From NCBI GenBank assembly GCA_903813345.2, contig CAIIXF020000001.1, positions 32,240,001 to 32,304,000 of the forward strand: a stretch of 64,000 nucleotides of DNA, given 5' to 3'. The position numbers were made by a program, and so were the translations under genes. The stretch comes from Owenia fusiformis. Lineage: Eukaryota. Below the pieces are notes generated by a model, which did no database searches, was not told where the DNA came from, and saw only the letters and a program-made list of their open reading frames with translations. This document shows positions 40,801-52,800 of the stretch, one piece after another; the first letter of the stretch is position 1, and each line of letters begins with the position of its first letter.

Positions 40801-42652
40801 TTAAATACAAAACCTTAGAGTACACTTCATAGCCCCAAGCATTAAATACAAAACCTTAGAGTACACTTCATAGCCCCAAGTATTAAATACAAAACCTTAG
40901 AGTACACTTCATAGCCCCAAGTATTAAATACAAAACCTTAGAGTACACTTCATAGCCCCAAGCATGAAACTGTTAATAAAAGCATATTTTTGTTTCCAGC
41001 TTGAGGCATTTCTCACAATGCGTCTTTGTGAGATGAGAAGTGAAGCAGATGTCCTCTCTAGCAGTCAGTTCCAGTCAGCCCCACAGGTACTACATAGTGT
41101 AGTGTAGTATAGTGTAGTGTAACGTAGCGAAGTGTCAAAATGAGATATGCAGCCAGAAGAAAATTCACTTGAATTCACAAACCATGATTTATTATTAATT
41201 ATATTCAATTAATGTATTAAAAATTAGTTTATTAAAATTTTGCAATCCCTCTGACAAACACTGTAATGTTGGCCGTGGAAAATATATTAAACCAGGTATT
41301 ATATTTCAGTCACTTCAGGTAGATGTCACTGAAGTAGAGAATATGTTGGGTTCTGTATGTGGCATATTAGGACGTCTCACAACTCATAGGATAGAGCAGT
41401 TATACCTTATTAAATCATCCCCTAGGTGAGGAATTGCCAAAGAAGCTTATTAAACATACATTTATCGAGTTTTTCATTGGATTTCTGTAGGAGATGGGTT
41501 TCTGCCAGTTTTATTTTTTGAAAAATTGAGCAAAATAATTTCAAGAAGTTTACTATATAATAAAATTCAAACAGAATGAATTTTCATTTTGATTTGATAA
41601 AGTTATGAGCCCTAGAAAATGGGTGGTTTATTTTTGGGTCTGCTGACAAAACTTTGTTATGGGATGCTATGACGTCGATGCACATTTGCGCCTTGGATTT
41701 CCTGCTGAATAGTGTTACGTGCAGAATTGAAGTATTGGTCAGTTGAAATGTTATTTTTTATAGATACATGTACAATGTTACACTCTGCAAAGTAACCAAT
41801 CCTTTGTATTACAAAGCTTTATCATTCGTGGAATAATTTGAAATCCCTTTCATCAACTTGTTAAATTCATCAACTTGTTAAATTCACAAAAATAGTTTAA
41901 AAAACATCATCCTTTATGCTTTAGATATGTGGACAGATTGACAGAAACTCTAAAGAAAACTTTAGGCCAGGCTGACAAGATGGTGGCTCTACAGGTAGGG
42001 CAGATTAATATGTCAATTTTTTATTAGGCCAGTTGGTCAAATGATTTTTATCTTCTAAATACTACCACCAAACTTCAGTTTGTATTTTTATTAGTTCCTA
42101 AATTATACATTCAGGTTCTTTATAAGATCGGTCAGCCTATTTCTTAATTCCTCTTTACTTTACTCTAAATTTGGTGCAGTTCTTTTGAGACAACCCTCTA
42201 TTTCTAAGAGTTCTTTTTCCAGAGGTTGATGATCTCTAAACGTGAAGAGCTGATAGAAGAACAGGCTACCACTGAACCAAAATTAGATCTTATTATATCA
42301 AAAACTAAACAGCTCAAAAAACAGGTAAGAAAACAATAATTATGTGTTGTTTTTACATCATTTGCAATACATTTATAGTTTAATAGCACAATGTGAGAGA
42401 AAATAGTTTACTTTGTATCATTTTCATTCACAATGAAGTCAAGCATATTCATCATTCAAAGTGTTTTATCTAACAATAAAAATATTAACATCCGACTCAA
42501 CTAAATCCTCAATCAAGCCTCTTTCTTGTTAGTGGTAGATGTTAAACTGATTTTTAAGCAACGTCTTATCTTGATTTCAGATTGAAGGCGATGTGTCTAA
42601 GAAATACAAAAATAGGCCAGTTAATCTAATGGGGGAAATCAATACCATATGA
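28805..42652 (+). CDS. CDK5RAP3: CDK5 regulatory subunit-associated protein 3 (C53/LZAP; UFMylation / ER-phagy adaptor), about 507 aa
   Basis: Exons 28805-28862, 30344-30475, 30738-30838, 31044-31092, 31921-32009, 35415-35504, 35805-35938, 36205-36364, 36655-36711, 37516-37639, 39735-39817, 41000-41086, 41310-41425, 41925-41994, 42223-42324, 42581-42652 total 1524 nt. Motifs LPIDIHYNKLLDWLINRRHC, NVNYEVP, TYEWRTG, IDWG, SPRYVDR, RPVNLMG. The acceptor at 28798 implies an upstream exon. Confidence 0.96.
31654..31827. mobile_element. Short MITE
   Basis: cagggatttca...tgaaatccctg flanked by ATGTT on both sides. A related fragment lies at about 15990-16070. Confidence 0.55.
32094..33510 (-). mobile_element. 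5'-truncated LINE (L1/Tx1-like), ORF2 C-terminal part plus 3' UTR and A-rich tail
   Basis: ORF 32392-33507 has post-RT motifs (EYIWNN, KGILQIKDL, LQYKL) and a zinc knuckle CDFCK...DTIHFFIEC. AATAAA and an A/TA tail lie at about 32094-32125 on the - strand. Located in a CDK5RAP3 intron. Confidence 0.85.
34292..34926 (-). mobile_element. HINE-like element, same family as 5061-5974
   Basis: Reverse complement of the same head (ttatcccaacgaacaaag), central repeats and 3' hairpin (gcaactccacggagtagcaaatcccaccgaac). Confidence 0.75.
35004..35462 (+). repeat. 77-bp tandem repeat, 6 units, containing a CDK5RAP3 acceptor and exon start
   Basis: gaa(t/c)gtaccagg recurs at 35030, 35107, 35184, 35261, 35338 and 35415. 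The last unit is the functional exon start. Confidence 0.93.
37857..38279. mobile_element. MULE-like MITE with 9-bp TSD
   Basis: AGCTCATAT|cgaactcc..tgcagtg...cactgca..ggagttcg|AGCTCATAT. Confidence 0.7.
38566..39517. mobile_element. Foldback element with a central tRNA-like segment
   Basis: Degenerate ~150-bp inverted arms (aaccaatgtttttctgaga / tctcagaaaaacaatggtt). A-box/B-box-like motifs on the - strand at about 38875-38950. Confidence 0.55.
40228..40965 (+). repeat. 41-bp minisatellite, about 18 copies, intronic
   Basis: Unit taaatacaaaaccttagagtacacttcatagccccaag(c/t)at. Confidence 0.95.
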
Positions 42653-42866
42653 CCTTAATGAATCTACATATGGATTGAATCTTTGAGGTGAAGGTTATGT
42701 CATTTTCAACACAGATTTCATGTACTCTCTCTTTGGAGTTATTCATATTTGGACAGTGACACATTTTTTCAGGTTATGTACTTTACATGTCAGGTTATGT
42801 ACATTACATGTCTTATGGTCGACTAAGTAGGTTGAGAAATCTTGCTTGTAAACTTGCTACATTGGC

Positions 42867-43303
42867 ATGTAGACCTGCATAGTGACGTAATGCACAACTA
42901 TTGATCAAGGTCCTTTGTTCTTAACGCCATGTAGACCTGCATAGTGACGTAATGCACAACTATTGAACAAGGTCCTTTGTTCTTAACGCTATGTAGACAT
43001 GCATAGTGACGTAATGCACAACTATTGAACAAGGTCCTTTGTTCTTAACGCCATGTAGACCTGCATAGTGACGTAATGCACAACTATTGAACAAGGTCCT
43101 TTGTTCTTAACGCCATGTAGACCTGCATAGTGACGTAATGCACAACTATTGAACAAGGTCCTTTGTTCCTAACGCCATGTAGACCTGCATAGTGGCGTAA
43201 TGCACAACTATTGAACAAGGTCCTTTGTTCCTAACGCCATGTAGGCCTGCATAGTGACGTAATGCACAACTATTGAAAAGGTCCTTTGTTCTTAGCGCCA
43301 TGT
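42867..43303 (+). repeat. 62-bp tandem repeat, about 7 copies, in the probable CDK5RAP3 3' UTR
   Basis: Unit catgtagacctgcatagtgacgtaatgcacaactattgaacaaggtcctttgttcttaacgc. AATAAA downstream at 43504. Confidence 0.92.
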
Positions 43304-43846
43304 CCACATTAATCATGTGCAATATGAAATGCACATGCAATTGTACCGTAAATGGGATTTCTTGTATTGGGTCAGGATTTGAAACTCTTCATTCCATTTT
43401 CCATTTTTGATTCATTTGATAAAAGAAACACTGAATTATAGATTATATAATATTTATTATGACTACACATTTCTTAATAATGTATAGTTTAACTTTATGA
43501 GCCAATAAAATATATTATATTCATTATGTTTTATGTAAATGCATATTGTTTAACTTGATGCTTTTCTGTATTAATATCTGAACTTTAATCTGCAAAATTG
43601 TAGGCTATACTTTTTGATATTTTGGCCTTAAATATTCCTGTATTATCATTGAAATGCTGGGATAATGATGAGTTACCCCTTTCTTTGGATGATAATGAGA
43701 CAGAGCTGGTATCCGATTGCATCAGGACCCACACAAATCCACCAAATTGAACCTACTCTGATGAGCAAATATCAAACATTTACATAGTCCACAACGTACA
43801 TAGTCTACATATTAATTTACATTAATTTAGCATATGTCTCCTGCAA

Positions 43847-46800
43847 TTAGGATTCTGCATATAAGAGTTGTTGTATTGAATTGTTCATAAAAAGGTTGTG
43901 TCGGTCTATTTCAAGTTCTTTTCTTGCAGTCTTAAACTTTGTAAGCTCCTTCTTCATATTCTGAAAAATAAATAAATCCGAACCAATGTCCTATTTTACC
44001 CTTTTATATATATAGTTATATACTACATCTTGAGTTAACTTATTGGTGGACATATTTGGATAAAATTCTAATCAGTAATTCGAACTAAACACAAAATGAA
44101 AAAAACAAAAATCGTATGAAACCAGTGATTTCTATGATTCTTGTCTGAATATTATACTTGCATATACAATACCTTGAGTAAGAATGTCCGCATATTTGGA
44201 ACAGTGGACCATTCTGTATCCCAACATGGCCTAGCTGATGTCACATGCATCCAGTCGGCAGCTAGTGCTCCAGTGAATTCATCCCAACCCTCTGTACCTA
44301 GTATACTCAACAAATACACATGAAGTGCCTTTCCCCCATTTCCAGTCACTGGGCCTAGGAATGACTCGCACCCTCCCGAGAACTGAACTTGGATCATTAG
44401 GTTTATAGGGTACTTATTCTGCTTGTTAAATCTCTTCAACTGTGTACATAGCATTTTAATAACATCCTTGACAATATCTAAGTCCTCATCTAATGGAAAG
44501 CTAAAGCCAAAGCTATGAGAAGGAAATGGATGTTTTTCTGGCCACGAATAGATAGCATCGGTAACTTTCTGTGTGGTTTCTCCCCTGCAGTCAAGCATCC
44601 GTGACGTCATCATGGCGCCCCTGCGTGTAGCCCCCACAAGAACCTCTGGAGTCAGCTGTGAGAATTGATCAGGATAAAACGTAAATGTTTGTTCAAAATC
44701 CAATTGTCTCTCAGTTAATTCTTCAGTTGATTGTGCGGGTAAGATGGATTTAACCCATACCTGTAAAATCGAAATCGAATCGAGCACTGAATTTGATCAG
44801 TAAATGTAATTTCAAATTAAAATATTATGTAACAAAAAAAGTTACTTGTATAATGCAGGGTACCCGGGGCACATTCTTTTCTCCTAACAACGTCCAAAAA
44901 AATTAAGACAATATTTTTAGTTTATTTGCAATTGCGCTGGCATTGAGGAGATAAAAACTTGCTTTCCACTTATACAAACCTCAATATATCACTTCAATCA
45001 ACTTATGATATCTTGATATATTGTGATGTCACAATACTCATTTTCACAGTATCACTTATAAATTTTTATATTTTATGATTGAATTGTAACACTGATATAT
45101 AAATAAATAAACTAAACTATAACAATACAACAAATTTGAAGGTTAGTCACATCTTTGAAAATATTGTCTTGATATTAATTGTGGCGTTTTCAGGAGAAAA
45201 GAATGTGTCCCGGGTACCCTGCACCAGGCAAGTTCGGACATGCATAACTTTTTTTTGTTACAAGACATTATATTTTAAAATTATGTACATTGGTCAGAAA
45301 ATTTCCAAATATAATACTGATTAAATTTCCGCCTTTATTAATAAAAACTCTTGGTCTTATAACAATAAGTTCAGGACTTATGGGACAACCCTCGTATTAC
45401 TATGGACTAGTACGATGTGTATGTCGAGGTCGTAAAATGCATATGCTACAGGGAATGGATAGGTAACTAGGACTAATGGACGCTAACTACCACAATAATC
45501 AAACAAACGGTCAGACCGGAATATTAATCCTGGGGTACCTTGTCGTCCTCTGGTTCCCAATCCTTCCCGAAATGGCACGAGTTGTATGGGAACCAGTAGA
45601 TCTCTGTAGCCATTCCCTCAGCCAGTGTCGACTTCAGCGCATTCGTATCCAATAGCACTGATTCTACATCATCGAATGCATCATTTACCTCCACGTGTAT
45701 CAATGGTCGCAATCTAAACGTAATATCGTAGATCAACCCACTTAACCCTAGGTTGCACTGTAACAGATATCATGGGTATAAAATGAGATGTGAGGATCAT
45801 ATTGACAGCTTGTATAAAGATGCTTGCAAAACAATCAACAATACACCAGGTGCGCTATTGCATGTTTAAGACAATTAAAAAGAAATCTACTGTACATGTA
45901 TTAATTCCATACGCGTTCAAGATAGTCAAATCACTAATGGGTTTCTAACATGGTGATAGTTCACGATCATATATATTCTTAGATTTTCGGCACACAAACT
46001 AATATGTACATTCTAAAAACATTGATCCGCATTGCCAAGCGCGAATTGCACTCTTTCATGGAGAAAATTCAAGATGGCCGCCGTCGTAAAATATGTATTT
46101 ATTATTGATAATTGCTTTTACTGGCTTTATTTCAATAAAATTTGATAAATTAGTGTCTTCAGCTATTATTTAATAATATTCCTACCAAATATTTTTTTAT
46201 TAAGTATAAACCTAAGAAATTGTTTAATAGCGCCGCCTTTTGATGAAATTATACTAAAATTAACGTCAATAAAATTCCTAAAAAAGGAGAAACGTGTGTT
46301 CAAAAAGTTCTCCATATCGATACCAGTCCTTTAAGGTATTTTAATGCAATATATTCCTTTCGCCTTGTTTATGTTATATTTGTTAAGTCTTTCAATTAAT
46401 TTAATTTTGAAAGTGAAAGGACCGGGTCCTATTGTCACAGAGTATGAACCAATTGCAAATTAAGCGTGACGGGTGAACGCGCAGGGTAGGTACAACACGA
46501 GTGTGATGACATTTGAGCAAACTGATTTTTTCCTCGTTTCAGAAAGATCTGATCTAGTTTCTAGATATTTTCATATGTAAATGTCTGTAACTACATCCTA
46601 GACAGTGAACTTGACAGTGAATTTTTTAGTTCTAACTTCACAAACTATCTATGTAGTATATGGTATAATGCTCGGTTACGGTAAGGTACAAGACATAGGT
46701 TGGCTTTTCGATTTTACATGCAAGCTTAAACTCCCTAATATTACCTCTTCGCCTCCTACGAAGAAATGTTAAAGAAAAGCATTGATAAGAAGAGCTTTTT

Positions 46801-49800
46801 AAAAGTTTCTAACTTTTTTATTCTGTACGTGATCATCATGGAACTTAGACACATATTTTAGAATGAGGTGGATTTTGACATCCTGAAATATTGTATTTGT
46901 ATTATCAAAACGTTCGTTTATACAACGTTTTTGTGAAGCAATGAAATTCCATTTTCTATTTTTAACCGTTACCTTTTGCTTGATAAAATAAAAACCTAGT
47001 ACTGTACGAGCAAAATAAAATGTGTCTAAGCTAGATGATGAAGTAAAATCTTAGTTTTCGTAAAGAAACCGATGCGCATTCCACCAGAAGTATCTTTTAA
47101 GATTTTCTTGGTGCCACTATTCTGGTCATTCTCGTTAGCAGGAGAAATATGTTAGGCTACTGAGCAAACCTAGAATCTAACCAATTTAGTGAAGAATGGG
47201 GCTTTTTAAACAGGAGACTAATTTGGTTTTCGTAGCTTTTGATTACATCTATAGATTTGACCTTCAATGACATTTTAAAAGTCAAAAAAATATTTGACCT
47301 TCTCAAGGTCAAAAAAGTCTTTTTCAAATTGCTTCAAATTGACCAATTCCTTTTTTCAAAATCATCTACAAGTTCTCAGAAGTTGCAATCTGACTTAAGA
47401 TTTGAGATTACAATGCCCTTGTCAGAGTCAAAAAGGTATTTTTCAACTTGCTTCAAATTGACCAATTTTTATTTTTAAAATCATCTACAAGTTTTAAGAG
47501 AAAATCATTGTTGAATTCAGTTCTCCATATCGATACCACTCCTTTTAACAATGTGTGGTACTGAACAACCAAAATCTTCTTTTTAGATAATTTACTTATT
47601 TTTCTGGGTAGAAATATCATCAATTGATGAAAAACACTGATTGAATTGAAAAACACTAATTAACCACATTTTATCGAGAAAAGGGAATGGAAAAAATTAT
47701 CAAATGAATATTATATAATTGTTGATAATTTTGGCGGCCATCTTGGATTTTCACAAAGAAGGAGTGCGATTCGTGCTTGGCAATGCGGACCAAAATTTTT
47801 AGAATGTCCATATTAGTCTTATTCCAAAAATCTAAGAATATAATATATATGATCGTGAACTATCTGACTAGTAGGCCATGCAAAATTGTTGGAAGATAGC
47901 ATTTTATATTCGACTTAAATACACGCTCATGAACCTTTATATTCTTACTTTATATTCTTTACATATTATCCTCACCTCACCTCACCTCATTGACACCTTC
48001 ATGCACCCATACTTACATTATGCTGAACTATATATGAACAAACTTATGCACATGTGCAAACAATGTGTACATACCCTCATGAAGCTCATTGCATCTGGGT
48101 TTTCATCTGATATTACCCTCAGCCTTCCGCCACTATCTACGAAGCGAATTTGGCTCGCGTATGCAGATGCACATTTATGCCCAGGGAAGCTAGCCTAAAA
48201 TTGACAATACATTTTTCTTTGGATGCATATTTTTCTATTCACTGGGGATCAACTGGAAACGAAGACATGATGTCTTCGTTTCAGCATGGCCTAACTTTCT
48301 GTAGAAGAATTAGGTAAGAATTTTTGTTTTCTTGTTTTTGTCAACTTAATATCCATCAAAGCATAGGTCCCGGTTTTGAAATATGATTACATCTCAGATA
48401 TAGATAAAGTAATTATTTCGATATTTACAAATCAGTTCGCTCGCTTAGGAATATGAAGGGTCACATGCACTTGAAAGCATATTGTAGAAGTCTGGGGGGA
48501 CTGAACTCTTTTTGTGACTGCATTACCCCTTTACTTAGTACTTTCAGATATCATTGAAATGCTACCTTCGTTTTATGCTTCAGATACCTATGTTCTGTCT
48601 TCGTTTCTCTGAGAAACTATCTTCGTTTCTTAAGCGGGGAATTGTTGTGTAATCATCCAATTACTGTATGTATTTCTTAGGTATAACCATATTTCAAAAT
48701 CGGAACCTACGCACTACATACGGGAAAATTTTTGGTTGTTTGAAGGATAAAGATGATAAAATCTAGAAAACAAAAATTAATATCAACCGGAAGTCCGGCC
48801 ATGCTGAAACGAAGACATCCTTCCAGTTGATCCCGGTGCTATTGTTTAACATCCATATTATTTCTCATCTATTCTTCTCCTAACTACGATGAACCTATCA
48901 ATATGTTTCAGCAAAATGAGATCTTTATCCGACACTAGCAATCATTTGAAAACCATATTAAAATTGTTATTTAAACCCCATTAATTTGTTCTTACAAAGA
49001 TATCCAATCTAAAGTAAAAAAGAGGACAAAATCTCAAAAACAAACAACAGAAACCCCCATAAATCATGTGGACAACTACAACTGGCGGTAAAGGGGTCTC
49101 AACATACGTGCTGAGGTGTTGTGATGAGGTCCATGGCTTGGAGTGATGACTGCTTACTGGTGCCTGGGAGATAAAGCTTGTGATTTAGAAAGAAGTCCAT
49201 CATGTCTTCTTGACTGACCCCAGACGCTACAGTCATCGTGCGGAACCCAAACTTGTCAAAACCCTAAAATGACATTGCAGAGGTCAACTCCAAGATGCTG
49301 AGCTTTTACTGCTGTATAACATGACAAAGTGTTAGCACTATAGTTGGTCACAAGATTATGAGTTCAATTATCAATATCTATTGAAAGCCCACGGTTCAAT
49401 CTTAAGTCAGATTTGAACTTCGAATTCTGAGAAATTGTAGATGATTTTGAAAAAATGGTCAATTTGAAGCAAGTTGAAAAAAGATCTTTTTGACCTTTTC
49501 AACACGTCAAAATGTCACCACCTACATGCTCACAAGATTATGAGTTCAATTTGAAGTCAGATTTGAACTTCTGAGAACTTTCTGAGAATGATTTTGAAAG
49601 AATGGTCAATTTGAAGCAAGTTGAAAAATACCTTTTTGAACTTTTGTGAACGTCAAATCTCAAATCTAAAGTCAGGTTTGAACTTCTGAGAACTTGTAGA
49701 TCATTTTGAAAAAATTGAAGTCAGTCTAAACAGTTTTTGTTAAATTATTGAAAGTTGTAAGAATTTGTTGCAGACGCCAACCCTACCCCTTAAGAAGGTC

Positions 49801-52800
49801 ATTGAAGGTCAAATCTCAAATCTAAAGTTTGAAACTTCTGAGAACTTGGAAATTAAATTTGAAAAAAATGATATTGAAAGTTGTAACAATTTGTTACAGA
49901 TGCTAACCACTGTCACAAAAATGGAGATCATATACTAGATATAGTATACCAATATGTCACCACTTTTGGTGGTGACATAAGAACTTAAGTAAGCTCTGAA
50001 TGGGAGAAATTGTTACGCGGTAAACACGATACAAATATATGTCATATTCCGCAACGAATATGGCATATTCACTTGCGGTGTATGGCAGATTCACACGCGG
50101 TATATGGCATACACACGAACCAATGAGAATGTGATACAGAAGAACGCAATTGTCAATAACCCAGATGCGAGTAGAAATAATCTTGATTTACGTCATTAAA
50201 AATTCAAAATTCAGTCAAAGTAATATCATATTTGAAATCTACATGTAAAATTACATCTAGAAATGTGGTTTTAAAAAGTGTTTATCAACTTTGAAAAATT
50301 ACTTTTCTTTGAAAATGTGACTTCTAGCTCGGGGAGATTCCCCATAGACCCCATGCTATAAAATCACAAAAAATGAAATATCTTTTCTTTTAGTGGACAG
50401 ATAATATTTTGCATTACTGGACATATTTTCATTAGTATAAGTATTAGACACATAAGGGTTATATGAAAATTGAGCCACTTGAATTGATAATATTCAAGTT
50501 TAAGGGAACTTTCTTATATACCTGCCATGTTAATTGACCCGAATCAGCCACCTGGTGGTGAAACTGGTAACTACCTACTCGCATTTAGGTAATTGCACGA
50601 ACAAGTAAAACTTATTATTATGATTACTGAATCAACAGTACAGTGTATCAAATATATTGATTTATGCGGAAGTATCACTCACCAATCTCACGTAATAAAA
50701 CTTACGCAATCAACCCAGGATTCATATATTAATACTCGACGCACTAACTATATTTGGTAATCCAGCGTAGTTTAACATTTAGAATCGATTCTCGCAACCA
50801 ATCAAATCAAGGCTTTCTGTATCACGTTTTCACCTGCGGTATATGTCATATTCACCTGTGGTATATGACATATTCTGAAAGTGAGTATGACATATTCCAC
50901 AGGTGAGTATTGGGTATTCACTGAAATCGATGTATCGCATATTCACTGCGGATTATCGCATAATCACCTGCGGATTATGCCATATACCGCAGGTGAGTAT
51001 GGCATAATCACCCGTATCGCAAATACCGCGCAACCATAAATATATGCCGTATTCCGCGTAACAGAAATAGCTATACACAGTTTCGTTCTGAGGCCAGGAA
51101 GTGCATGAATGCAATGTACTGAATTAGAGTTTCTCGTGATACGTCCATCATTCGCCTATCTTTAAAATTCAATGAATGCCATTTCGTTTGGGTAGCTGAC
51201 CTTCATCAACGAATCTTAGTATTCTGATTGATTAAGGCTACATTAAAGGCTTATCTAATTGAGTGAATCTCTTTTTTAAAGAAGGGAAATCAAACCAATT
51301 AGAAAAAGTAAAATCCTCTTAGAATCTATCAAATTGACTGGTAGCGACTGGGTGCCTTCATTTAACTTCCGTAATAAAGCGTCATCTGCACAGTCCAAAC
51401 AGTTGGAGTTCGAATGCAGTGCCTCGACAGCAACCCTTCTATCACACCAAACTAGTTTTCACTATGTTCTCGAAAACGGGCTTCAATTGTGTACGAACGG
51501 ACGTGGTCGATACGTTCTACAATTAGAACGAGTGACAACGTACTAACGACGAGCTGGGTGTACTACGAACGGAACCGTCGTACTTCAATCCTACTAGGGA
51601 CGTTTTAACAACGAGTTGAACTATCTGAGGACGTATTGAGAACGAGGTAGAACTAATTGCAAACGGGTTTAAACTGATTAAGAACGTATTTAAGATTGCT
51701 TATGAACGAGTTAGCAAAAATATAGCTATCACACCAAACAAGTTGCCACTGCGTTCTTCAAAACTGGTTTTACCCTATGTGCGAACGGATTGGCAGCCAC
51801 AACCCACCACCACTAGCCATAAGTAACCCTACTATCACACCAAACTAGTTCTCACTACGTTCTCGAAAACGGGCTTCAACTGTGTACGAAGGGACTGGAC
51901 CTACTAAGAACCGTTTGGGATCTATTTACAAACTTCATCGAACGTACTCGAACGGGTAGGTCCTCTAGAATTTAGACAATGCTCAAAATGTACTCGTGGT
52001 CGTCACGTTCTACAATTAGAACGAGTGACAACGTACTAACGACGAGCTGGTCGTACTACGAACGGAACCGTCGTACTTCAATCCTACTAGGGACGTTTTA
52101 ACAACGAGTTGAACTGTCTGAGGACGTGTTGAGAACGAGGTAGAACTAATTGCAAACGGGTTTAAACTGATTAAGAACGTATTTAACACTGCTTATGAAC
52201 GAGTTAGCAAAAATATAGCTATCACACCAAACAAGTTGCCACTGCGTTCTTCAAAACTGGTTTGAAACTGTGTGCGAATGAAATGAACGTAGCTGCAATT
52301 TTCTAAGGTCTATTTACGAACTTTATGAACGTTCTCAGACGGGAATGTGATTTTAGAATTTTGAATCGATTCAAAGTTCGATGGCGACCATGCCGTTCTG
52401 TAATCAGGTCATGCTGACCTTCTAGACTAAGGGACGCGTTCTACGACGTTGTACACCGACGTGGTGCGACCTGAACGAACTGCGAACGAGATGGACGTAT
52501 TGAAGACTGTTTAAGGACGAAGAAGCTAATTATTTCAGACATATTTCCCGACCACAGCCAGATTGAGCCCGTTTTACGACGTTTTCGTAGGACTGGCAAG
52601 AACGGGTAAGAACTAGTTTGGTGTGATAGGGGGGTTAGATGCATACATATGCTATCAATATATATAGTTATTATTGAATTTTCATTTTTGTCACTAAAAC
52701 AACTTCATACACTTGTTAAAGTGTCAGTTGATGTACAATTTATATATAATAGTTTGACAATAAAGTATGTAACTAACTAAAAAAAAAAAACGTAGCTGCA

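Noticed and set aside
40228..40965. CRISPR-like appearance of the 41-bp array (also the 54- and 62-bp arrays)
   Set aside because: Head-to-tail units with no unique spacers, no cas genes, and a eukaryotic context.
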